A DNA stretch of 64,000 nucleotides from Hydrurus foetidus (lineage: Eukaryota). Below the pieces are notes generated by a model that was not told where the DNA came from, ran no database searches, and was given only the letters and a program-made list of their open reading frames with translations. Positions 11,779-24,900 of this stretch are shown here, piece after piece; position 1 is the first letter of the stretch, and every line of letters begins with the position of its first letter. The stretch covers positions 1-64,000 of the forward strand of contig UYFQ01000673.1 in NCBI GenBank assembly GCA_900617105.1, written 5' to 3'. The position numbers and the translations under genes were made by a program.

Positions 11779-14250
11779 TCATCATCTTCTTGATCATCAT
11801 GTTCATGACTAATGCTTTTAAAATTCGTGTCGCAGATTGTAGAGCAGCGAGCTGGACTTTATCAGCAGCTCCTGCAGGCGGTATCAGCTGCGCTGAGGAA
11901 GTGAGTTGATGCTCTCACCGATATCAACCATCATCATCTTCTTGATCATCATGTTCATGACTAATGCTTTTAAAATTCGTGTCGCAGATTGTAGAGCAGC
12001 GAGCTGAAGTTTATCAGCAGCTCCTGCAGGCGGTATCAGCTGCGCTGAGGAAGTGAGTTGATGCTCTCACCGATATCAACCATCATCATCTTCTTGATCA
12101 TCATGTTCATGACTAATGCTTTTAAAATTCGTGTCGCAGATTATAGAGCAGCGAGCTGAAGTTTATCAGCAGCTCCTGCAGGCGGTATCAGCTGCGCTGA
12201 GGAAGTGAGTTGATGCTCTCACCGATATCAACCATCATCATCTTCTTGATCATCATGTTCATGACTAATGCTTTTAAAATTCGTGTCGCAGATTGTAGAG
12301 CAGCGAGCTGGACTTTATCAGCAGCTCCTGCAGGCGGTATCAGCTGCGCTGAGGAAGTGAGTTGATGCTCTCACCGATATCAACCATCATCATCTTCTTG
12401 ATCATCATGTTCATGACTAATGCTTTTAAAATTCGTGTCGCAGATTGTAGAGCAGCGAGCTGAAGTTTATCAGCAGCTCCTGCAGGCGGTATCAGCTGCG
12501 CTGAGGAAGTGAGTTGATGCTCTCACCGATATCAACCATCATCATCTTCTTGATCATCATGTTCATGACTAATGCTTTTAAAATTCGTGTCGCAGATTAT
12601 AGAGCAGCGAGCTGAAGTTTATCAGCAGCTCCTGCAGGCGGTATCAGCTGCGCTGAGGAAGTGAGTTGATGCTCTCACCGATATCAACCATCATCATCTT
12701 CTTGATCATCATGTTCATGACTAATGCTTTTAAAATTCGTGTCGCAGATTATAGAGCAGCGAGCTGGACTTTATCAGCAGCTCCTGCAGGCGGTATCAGC
12801 TGCGCTGAGGAAGTGAGTTGATGCTCTCACCGATATCAACCATCATCATCTTCTTGATCATCATGTTCATGACTAATGCTTTTAAAATTCGTGTCGCAGA
12901 TTGTAGAGCAGCGAGCTGAAGTTTATCAGCAGCTCCTGCAGGCGGTATCAGCTGCGCTGAGGAAGTGAGTTGATGCTCTCACCGATATCAACCATCATCA
13001 TCTTCTTGATCATCATGTTCATGACTAATGCTTTTAAAATTCGTGTCGCAGATTATAGAGCAGCGAGCTGGACTTTATCAGCAGCTCCTGCAGGCGGTAT
13101 CAGCTGCGCTGAGGAAGTGAGTTGATGCTCTCACCGATATCAACCATCATCATCTTCTTGATCATCATGTTCATGACTAATGCTTTTAAAATTCGTGTCG
13201 CAGATTGTAGAGCAGCGAGCTGGACTTTATCAGCAGCTCCTGCAGGCGGTATCAGCTGCGCTGAGGAAGTGAGTTGATGCTCTCACCGATATCAACCATC
13301 ATCATCTTCTTGATCATCATGTTCATGACTAATGCTTTTAAAATTCGTGTCGCAGATTATAGAGCAGCGAGCTGAAGTTTATCAGCAGCTCCTGCAGGCG
13401 GTATCAGCTGCGCTGAGGAAGTGAGTTGATGCTCTCACCGATATCAACCATCATCATCTTCTTGATCATCATGTTCATGACTAATGCTTTTAAAATTCGT
13501 GTCGCAGATTATAGAGCAGCGAGCTGAAGTTTATCAGCAGCTCCTGCAGGCGGTATCAGCTGCGCTGAGGAAGTGAGTTGATGCTCTCACCGATATCAAC
13601 CATCATCATCTTCTTGATCATCATGTTCATGACTAATGCTTTTAAAATTCGTGTCGCAGATTGTAGAGCAGCGAGCTGGACTTTATCAGCAGCTCCTGCA
13701 GGCGTTATCAGCTGCGCTGAGGAAGTGAGTTGATGCTCTCACCGATATCAACCATCATCATCTTCTTGATCATCATGTTCATGACTAATGCTTTTAAAAT
13801 TCGTGTCGCAGATTGTAGAGCAGCGAGCTGGACTTTATCAGCAGCTCCTGCAGGCGGTATCAGCTGCGCTGAGGAAGTGAGTTGATGCTCTCACCGATAT
13901 CAACCATCATCATCTTCTTGATCATCATGTTCATGACTAATGCTTTTAAAATTCGTGTCGCAGATTATAGAGCAGCGAGCTGAAGTTTATCAGCAGCTCC
14001 TGCAGGCGGTATCAGCTGCGCTGAGGAAGTGAGTTGATGCTCTCACCGATATCAACCATCATCATCTTCTTGATTATCATGTTCATGACTAATGCTTTTA
14101 AAATTCGTGTCGCAGATTGTAGAGCAGCGAGCTGAACTTTATCAGCAGCTCCTGCAGGCGGTATCAGCTGCGCTGAGGAAGTGAGTTGATGCTCTCACTG
14201 ATATCAACCATCATCATCTTCTTGATCATCATGCTCATGACTAATGCTTT
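11779..14250 (+). repeat. 152-bp tandem repeat, about 16 copies
   Basis: GTTCATGACTAATG recurs at 11801, 11953, 12105 and onward. Units are near-identical, with two recurrent variant sites (GATTGTAG/GATTATAG and CTGGACTT/CTGAAGTT). Confidence 0.97.
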
Positions 14251-15318
14251 ACTCCCATGTACCATCTTCATTCTCAACAAAAACTTTATCCTTCGCAAAT
14301 GTATCTATTCTAAAAACCTCATGAGCATAACTTCTTACTATAGACATATAATTTGGACAATCTTTTCTTTTTTTCCTCTTATCTTGTGTCAAATGTTTTT
14401 GATATGCATTAACTTTTCTAATCTTTTTAGGTGGTTCTATTGTAGCATCATCAGACAACTCTTCGAAGAAAAAACTGTCGTTATTGTCAAGACCGGATGC
14501 TTGGAACAAATAGAATAAGCCAAGTTCTTCTCTATTCATATCACCAATGAATTCTTCATTACCGTTTATTAAGTTCTCATCTTGTATTTGAATGTTGTCA
14601 TTTATTTGAACTTCGTTCTCAATCATTGCTTGTGTATTTTGTATATTATGTGCTTTGCATTTTATTTTATCGAATTCTTTTCTTTTAATTATTAATTGAG
14701 GTACGCTTAATCTATTAATTTTCAATCGAATTGCAACTTTACGATGAGAAGTGAGAAAGGTACACATCAGTGCCTCAAGTACCCTAGAACGGACGTACTG
14801 ATTAGAGGTGAAGTTGGTGCCTCCAGCAGAAGATAGGGAGAGTGCTTCGATAAATGCAACAGCATATCTACAATAATTGAATCAATATTCTCAGCAGATC
14901 TTTTACATATAGCTGAGACATCCAATGATGCTCGAACCCGAGCGAAAACATGCTCTAAAAATTGAATTTTTCTTTCACTACCCCATGTAGTTTTTCGACC
15001 TGGAGTTCCTGTTGCTGTGATAGCTTTCGATATTGATGATACTATAGATTCTACTACAGGTTTGGCTATTTCATATAGCAGACTTCTCTTTATCAAAGAG
15101 TCAAAGTGCTCTGGAAGATGCACTGGTTCTTCATAAACGAGAGTCTCTGGGACTTGAATCTCAGTTGCATGACATATTCTGTCAGCAAGAAACAGCGATT
15201 CAGTACAGAAATCAGCACTCTCCCTCCTCACATCAGGAGAGACAACAAAAGCTTCCTTGCTCCTCAATTGGATTGACCGGAATCTCTTCGAACCCTTGCT
15301 CGGTTTGTAGCGCGGCAT
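14249..15318 (-). pseudogene. Two abutting ORFs (183 aa and 172 aa) of unknown function in TIR element 2, likely one broken gene
   Basis: Basic N-terminus MPRYKPSKGSKRFR; NLS-like PPKKIRK and KRKKRK; the ORFs overlap at TGATG (14767). Confidence 0.45.
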
Positions 15319-15972
15319 TATGTCTTTTTTTAAGGTACCAAAATCTCTGCAACGAGATTGAGTTAGAGCTTACAGGGCATATCAAATTCAATCAGATTTT
15401 TGCAAGGAATCGGACGACATCATCTGCATGCACATACATGGAGTGGAACATGCAGCATTTGAGGCATAAAAGCCAACATAGATTTTGAAAATTCAAAATT
15501 TTGAATTTTGAAACGGCGGTCTGGTAGATAATCGAATTACAAAACGATTCCCGTAGTTTTCAGCGAGTAAATGTCAAAATTCGTGGAGTTCTGTGTTCCT
15601 TAAAAACACGAAACCCACTGGACGACTTTGGGCGGGGGGTGGATGTGCTGACCATGCAAAGGGTCCCCGGAACGTGCTCGCAATCTTCCTCAAAAGAAGT
15701 TATTTCATTTTTTTGAAAAACTTCTTCTTCGGTCTTCTCTCAGACTACTGTACGACTTTGAAGGAAGGAGGACGAAGTCAAAACGGAAAACAAAAGTGCT
15801 GCATGTAACCGTATCGGATGTGTGATGCATCATGAGACTATGAAGGCGTCAGCTGTCATATTTGAATTCGGGATTGTACGACTGGTATTCCCCATTGTCA
15901 AACTTGCTCCTGCAGGGAACGTCGATCTCTCTGACTACTAGGAGCGGGTGCTACGAAGTTGCAATCGTCATC

Positions 15973-18900
15973 ATGACACATATGAATCTTATGTGGTTCG
16001 TGATTCTCCTCCTTGTCGCTTCAAGACCTGAACGAGCGAAAGCATACGAAGTGGCGACATTGTCCTTAGAACCAATGCGTTCGATCGGTAACTTTGCTGG
16101 GTGCGACTTTCTGTCCGATTGTTCACAAGTTGGTGTTGCGCTGGAGTCACGGATGAATAAACCGATTGCTTTAGCCTTGAGTGTTGATGGCGACCTGTTT
16201 GTAATAGAGTCGGTGACTGACAATCTTAAAGTGATCAACAACAACGGAATCATGTCTTTCATCTGCGGTGGTAAAAATAATAGCGAGGGAGATGGCCTCT
16301 TGGCACAATTCACAAAACTCTATAAGCCTCTGGGTGTCGCAGTCGATGCCTCTGGGAACATTTACATAGCTGACAATAATGTCGATCGCATCCGCAAAAT
16401 AGATGCGATCACAAAGTTCGTTAGCACTGTTGCCGGCAAAGGACCATTTGCTGGATCCCGTAGCCGTTCTTACTCAGGAGATGGTGGTCTTGCGACATCG
16501 GCGGAGCTCAACGAGCCAACGAGTGTTGCTGTTGACAAATTGGGTAACATTTACATAGCGGATAGTCAGAATTATCGCGTTAGGAAGGTCGATGTTACGA
16601 GTGGTCTGATCACTACCGTCGCAGGCAACGGATCACCTGGTTATTCAGGGGATGGAGCCAGTGCACTTTCCGCTTCCTTGAATGTCATCCACGTCGCTGT
16701 AGATACCAGTGACAATATCTACATATCCGATTCTCGTAATCATGTCGTGAGATTGGTGAGCGCGAACAGCGGAAACATTTCGACATTTGCGGGGTCTGGG
16801 GTCAGCGGCTATAATGGAGATAATATCACGGCAACGACAGCGCGACTATCCACTCCCAGGAGCGTTGCCTTTGACAATTCAGGCAATGTCTACATTGTTG
16901 ATCAGAACAACTACAGAATTCGGATGGTTTCAGCAACAACTAAATTGATCTCTACGGTCGCTGGCAACGGAGTTCGTGGTAGGAGCGAAAGCAACACAGA
17001 TGCGAGAAACTCAGAACTAGGTGGACTCGGTGGTATTGCAATCGACAGAATGGACAAAATATTTATAACAGACTTTACAAACGAAAAAGTAGTAGTTATA
17101 AAAAAAGTTCAGACGATAACTGAACCAAGTGCTGCACCTACACCATCACCGTCATCGTTGGGTGATACCAATGCACCCAGTGCTGAACCATCACCACAAC
17201 CATCGGCATCACCAACACTTGCTACCTTCCAACCATCACCATCGCCAACGGTATCACCACCACCATCGGTATCACCATCACCACAACCATCGGCATCACC
17301 AACACTTGCTACCCCCCGACCATCACCACCACCATCGGTATCACCATCACCACAACCATCGGCATCACCAACACTTGCTACCCCCCGACCATCACCATCG
17401 CCAACGGCATCACCACCACCATCGGTATCACCATCACCACAACCATCGGCATCACCAACACTTGCTACCTTCCAACCAACATCGGTACCAACGGTATCAC
17501 CACCACCATCGGTATCACCATCACCACAACCATCGGCATCACCAACACTTGCTACCCCCCGACCATCACCATCGCCAACGGTATCACCACCACCATCGGT
17601 ATCACCATCACCACAACCATCGGCATCACCAACACTTGCTACCTTCCAACCAACATCGGCACCAACGGTATCACCACCACCATCGGTATCACCATCACCA
17701 CAACCATCGGCATCACCAACACTTGCTACCTTCCAACCAACATCGGCACCAACGGTATCACCACCACCATCGGTATCACCATCACCACAACCATCGGCAT
17801 CACCAACACTTGCTACCTTCCAACCAACATCGGCACCAACGGTATCACCACCACCATCGGTATCACCATCACCACAACCATCGGCATCACCAACACTTGC
17901 TACCCCCCGACCATCACCATCGCCAACGGTATCACCACCACCATCGGTATCACCATCACCACAACCATCGGCATCACCAACACTTGCTACCTTCCAACCA
18001 TCATCGGCACCAACGGTATCACCACCACCATCGGTATCACCATCACCACAACCATCGGCATCACCAACACTTGCTACCTTCCAACCAACATCGGCACCAA
18101 CGGTATCACCACCACCATCGGTATCACCATCACCACAACCATCGGCATCACCAACACTTGCTACCTTCCAACCAACATCGGCACCAACGGTATCACCACC
18201 ACCATCGGTATCACCATCACCACAACCATCGGTATCACCATCACACAACCATCGGCATCACCAACACTTGCTACCCCCCAACCATCACCATCGCCAACGG
18301 TATCACCACCACCATCGGTATCACCATCACCACAACCATCGGCATCACCAACACTTGCTACCCCCCGACCATCACCATCGCCAACGGTATCACCACCACC
18401 ATCGGTATCACCATCACCACAACCATCGGCATCACCAACACTTGCTACCTTCCAACCAACATCGGCACCAACGGTATCACCACCACCATCGGTATCACCA
18501 TCACCACAACCATCGGCATCACCAACACTTGCTACCTTCCAACCAACATCGGCACCAACGGTATCACCACCACCATCGGTATCACCATCACCACAACCAT
18601 CGGCATCACCAACACTTGCTACCCCCCGACCATCACCATCGCCAACGGTATCACCACCACCATCGGTATCACCATCACCACAACCATCGGCATCACCAAC
18701 ACTTGCTACCCCCCGACCATCACCATCGCCAACGGTATCACCACCACCATCGGTATCACCATCACCACAACCATCGGCATCACCAACACTTGCTACCCCC
18801 CGACCATCACCATCGCCAACGGTATCACCACCACCATCGGTATCACCATCACCACAACCATCGGCATCACCAACACTTGCTACCCCCCGACCACATCATC

Positions 18901-21900
18901 GCCAACGGTATCACCACCACCATCGGTATCACCATCACCACAACCATCGGCATCACCAACACTTGCTACCCCCCGACCATCACCATCGCCAACGGTATCA
19001 CCACCACCATCGGTATCACCATCACCACAACCATCGGCATCACCAACACTTGCTACCCCCCGACCATCACCATCGCCAACGGTATCACCACCACCATCGG
19101 TATCACCATCACCACAACCATCGGCATCACCAACACTTGCTACCCCCCGACCATCACCATCGCCAACGGTATCACCACCACCATCGGTATCACCATCACC
19201 ACAACCATCGGCATCACCAACACTTGCTACCCCCCGACCATCACCATCGCCAACGGTATCACCACCACCATCGGTATCACCATCACCACAACCATCGGCA
19301 TCACCAACACTTGCTACCCCCCGACCATCACCATCGCCAACGGTATCACCACCACCATCGGTATCACCATCACCACAACCATCGGCATCACCAACACTTG
19401 CTACCCCCCGACCATCACCATCGCCAACGGTATCACCACCACCATCGGTATCACCATCACCACAACCATCGGCATCACCAACACTTGCTACCCCCCGACC
19501 ATCACCATCGCCAACGGTATCACCACCACCATCGGTATCACCATCACCACAACCATCGGCATCACCAACACTTGCTACCCCCCGACCATCACCATCGCCA
19601 ACGGTATCACCACCACCATCGGTATCACCATCACCACAACCATCGGCATCACCAACACTTGCTACCCCCCGACCATCACCATCGCCAACGGTATCACCAC
19701 CACCATCGGTATCACCATCACCACAACCATCGGCATCACCAACACTTGCTACCCCCCGACCATCACCATCGCCAACGGTATCACCACCACCATCGGTATC
19801 ACCATCACCACAACCATCGGCATCACCAACACTTGCTACCCCCCGACCATCACCATCGCCAACGGTATCACCACCACCATCGGTATCACCATCACCACAA
19901 CCATCGGCATCACCAACACTTGCTACCCCCCGACCATCACCATCGCCAACGGTATCACCACCACCATCGGTATCACCATCACCACAACCATCGGCATCAC
20001 CAACACTTGCTACCCCCCGACCATCACCATCGCCAACGGTATCACCACCACCATCGGTATCACCATCACCACAACCATCGGCATCACCAACACTTGCTAC
20101 CCCCCGACCATCACCATCGCCAACGGTATCACCACCACCATCGGTATCACCATCACCACAACCATCGGCATCACCAACACTTGCTACCCCCCGACCATCA
20201 CCATCGCCAACGGTATCACCACCACCATCGGTATCACCATCACCACAACCATCGGCATCACCAACACTTGCTACCCCCCGACCATCACCATCGCCAACGG
20301 TATCACCACCACCATCGGTATCACCATCACCACAACCATCGGCATCACCAACACTTGCTACCCCCCGACCATCACCATCGCCAACGGTATCACCACCACC
20401 ATCGGTATCACCATCACCACAACCATCGGCATCACCAACACTTGCTACCCCCCGACCATCACCATCGCCAACGGTATCACCACCACCATCGGTATCACCA
20501 TCACCACAACCATCGGCATCACCAACACTTGCTACCCCCCGACCATCACCATCGCCAACGGTATCACCACCACCATCGGTATCACCATCACCACAACCAT
20601 CGGCATCACCAACACTTGCTACCCCCCGACCATCACCATCGCCAACGGTATCACCACCACCATCGGTATCACCATCACCACAACCATCGGCATCACCAAC
20701 ACTTGCTACCCCCCGACCATCACCATCGCCAACGGTATCACCACCACCATCGGTATCACCATCACCACAACCATCGGCATCACCAACACTTGCTACCCCC
20801 CGACCATCACCATCGCCAACGGTATCACCACCACCATCGGTATCACCATCACCACAACCATCGGCATCACCAACACTTGCTACCCCCCGACCATCACCAT
20901 CGCCAACGGTATCACCACCACCATCGGTATCACCATCACCACAACCATCGGCATCACCAACACTTGCTACCCCCCGACCATCACCATCGCCAACGGTATC
21001 ACCACCACCATCGGTATCACCATCACCACAACCATCGGCATCACCAACACTTGCTACCCCCCGACCATCACCATCGCCAACGGTATCACCACCACCATCG
21101 GTATCACCATCACCACAACCATCGGCATCACCAACACTTGCTACCCCCCGACCATCACCATCGCCAACGGTATCACCACCACCATCGGTATCACCATCAC
21201 CACAACCATCGGCATCACCAACACTTGCTACCCCCCGACCATCACCATCGCCAACGGTATCACCACCACCATCGGTATCACCATCACCACAACCATCGGC
21301 ATCACCAACACTTGCTACCCCCCGACCATCACCATCGCCAACGGTATCACCACCACCATCGGTATCACCATCACCACAACCATCGGCATCACCAACACTT
21401 GCTACCCCCCGACCATCACCATCGCCAACGGTATCACCACCACCATCGGTATCACCATCACCACAACCATCGGCATCACCAACACTTGCTACCCCCCGAC
21501 CATCACCATCGCCAACGGTATCACCACCACCATCGGTATCACCATCACCACAACCATCGGCATCACCAACACTTGCTACCCCCCGACCATCACCATCGCC
21601 AACGGTATCACCACCACCATCGGTATCACCATCACCACAACCATCGGCATCACCAACACTTGCTACCCCCCGACCATCACCATCGCCAACGGTATCACCA
21701 CCACCATCGGTATCACCATCACCACAACCATCGGCATCACCAACACTTGCTACCCCCCGACCATCACCATCGCCAACGGTATCACCACCACCATCGGTAT
21801 CACCATCACCACAACCATCGGCATCACCAACACTTGCTACCCCCCGACCATCACCATCGCCAACGGTATCACCACCACCATCGGTATCACCATCACCACA

Positions 21901-24900
21901 ACCATCGGCATCACCAACACTTGCTACCCCCCGACCATCACCATCGCCAACGGTATCACCACCACCATCGGTATCACCATCACCACAACCATCGGCATCA
22001 CCAACACTTGCTACCCCCCGACCATCACCATCGCCAACGGTATCACCACCACCATCGGTATCACCATCACCACAACCATCGGCATCACCAACACTTGCTA
22101 CCCCCCGACCATCACCATCGCCAACGGTATCACCACCACCATCGGTATCACCATCACCACAACCATCGGCATCACCAACACTTGCTACCCCCCGACCATC
22201 ACCATCGCCAACGGTATCACCACCACCATCGGTATCACCATCACCACAACCATCGGCATCACCAACACTTGCTACCCCCCGACCATCACCATCGCCAACG
22301 GTATCACCACCACCATCGGTATCACCATCACCACAACCATCGGCATCACCAACACTTGCTACCCCCCGACCATCACCATCGCCAACGGTATCACCACCAC
22401 CATCGGTATCACCATCACCACAACCATCGGCATCACCAACACTTGCTACCCCCCGACCATCACCATCGCCAACGGTATCACCACCACCATCGGTATCACC
22501 ATCACCACAACCATCGGCATCACCAACACTTGCTACCCCCCGACCATCACCATCGCCAACGGTATCACCACCACCATCGGTATCACCATCACCACAACCA
22601 TCGGCATCACCAACACTTGCTACCCCCCGACCATCACCATCGCCAACGGTATCACCACCACCATCGGTATCACCATCACCACAACCATCGGCATCACCAA
22701 CACTTGCTACCCCCCGACCATCACCATCGCCAACGGTATCACCACCACCATCGGTATCACCATCACCACAACCATCGGCATCACCAACACTTGCTACCCC
22801 CCGACCATCACCATCGCCAACGGTATCACCACCACCATCGGTATCACCATCACCACAACCATCGGCATCACCAACACTTGCTACCCCCCGACCATCACCA
22901 TCGCCAACGGTATCACCACCACCATCGGTATCACCATCACCACAACCATCGGCATCACCAACACTTGCTACCCCCCGACCATCACCATCGCCAACGGTAT
23001 CACCACCACCATCGGTATCACCATCACCACAACCATCGGCATCACCAACACTTGCTACCCCCCGACCATCACCATCGCCAACGGTATCACCACCACCATC
23101 GGTATCACCATCACCACAACCATCGGCATCACCAACACTTGCTACCCCCCGACCATCACCATCGCCAACGGTATCACCACCACCATCGGTATCACCATCA
23201 CCACAACCATCGGCATCACCAACACTTGCTACCCCCCGACCATCACCATCGCCAACGGTATCACCACCACCATCGGTATCACCATCACCACAACCATCGG
23301 CATCACCAACACTTGCTACCCCCCGACCATCACCATCGCCAACGGTATCACCACCACCATCGGTATCACCATCACCACAACCATCGGCATCACCAACACT
23401 TGCACCCCCCGACCATCACCATCGCCAACGGTATCACCACCACCATCGGTATCACCATCACCACAACCATCGGCATCACCAACACTTGCTACCCCCCGAC
23501 CATCACCATCGCCAACGGTATCACCACCACCATCGGTATCACCATCACCACAACCATCGGCATCACCAACACTTGCTACCCCCCGACCATCACCATCGCC
23601 AACGGTATCACCACCACCATCGGTATCACCATCACCACAACCATCGGCATCACCAACACTTGCTACCCCCCGACCATCACCGGCGCCAACGGTATCACCA
23701 CCACCATCGGTATCACCATCACCATCAACCATCGGCACCACCAACACTTGCTACCATCGCCCCGGTCACCACCATCGGTATCACCATCCACCATCGTCAC
23801 CATCACTATCACCATCAGCATCACCAACGCCTACCCCCCACCATCGGTATCACCATCGGTATCACCACCACCATCGGTATCACCATCACCACAAGCGGCA
23901 TCCCAACACTGCTACCATCGGTATCACCATCGCCAACGGTATCACCACCACCATCGGTATCACCATCACCACAACCATCGGCATCACCAACACTTGCACC
24001 ATCGGTATCACCATCGCCAGGTCACCACCACCATCGGTATCACCATCACCACAACCATCGGCATCACCAACACTTGCTACCCCCCGACCATCACCATCGC
24101 CAACGTATCATCACCACCATCGGTATCACCATCACCACAAATCGGCATCACCAACACTGCACCATCGGTATCACCATCGCAGTCATCACCACCATCGGTA
24201 TCACCATCACCACAACCATCGGCATCACCAACACTTGCTACCCGCGACCATACCTGCACCATCGGTATCACCATCGCACCATCGTCACCATCGGTATCAC
24301 CATCAGCATAAGCGGCGCCCCTAGTGCTGCACCATCGACCATCACCATCGCAGGTCATCACCACCATCGGTATCACCATCACCACAACCATCGGCATCAC
24401 CAACACTTGCTACCCCCCGACCATCACCATCGCCAACGGTATCACCACCACCATCGGTATCACCATCACCACAACCATCGGCATCACCAACACTTGCTAC
24501 CCCCCGACCATCACCATCGCCAACGGTATCACCACCACCATCGGTATCACCATCAGTTGTACCATCGGCGCCCCAACACTTGCACCATCGGTATCACCAT
24601 CGCCAACGGTATCACCACCACCATCGGTATCACCATCACCACAACCATCGGCGCCACCAAGTGCTGCACCATCGGTATCACCATCGCCAGGTATCATCGT
24701 CACCATCGGTATCACCGTCAGTTGTACCCGGCGCCCCTAGTGCTGCACCATCGGTATCACCATCGCAGTCATCGTCACCATCGGTATCACCGTCAGTTGT
24801 AAGCGGCGCCCCTAGTGCTGCACCATCGGTATCACCATCGCAGTCATCGTCACCATCGGTATCACCGTCAGTTGTAAGCGGCGCCCCTAGTGCTGCACCA

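Larger units (their letters stand above)
11457..15666. mobile_element. TIR DNA transposon 2, related to element 1, with an internal tandem array
   Basis: 26-bp TIR with two mismatches: GGACCCTTTGCATGATCAGCGCATCC (11457-11482) and GGATGTGCTGACCATGCAAAGGGTCC (15641-15666), flanked by CC on both sides. Confidence 0.85.

Noticed and set aside
11779..14250. CRISPR-like array
   Set aside because: Units are contiguous and near-identical with no unique spacers, there are no cas genes, and the context is eukaryotic.
15862..15972. ORF-track start at TTG 15862
   Set aside because: This is a non-ATG start. The ATGs at 15973/15982 directly precede the signal peptide.
17129..24802. Huge His-rich (HHHRYHHHH) and Thr/Ile-rich ([10 protein letters not shown]) ORFs
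   Set aside because: These are alternative frames of the CCA-TCA-rich block A. Only the SP frame is continuous with the signal peptide and NHL head.
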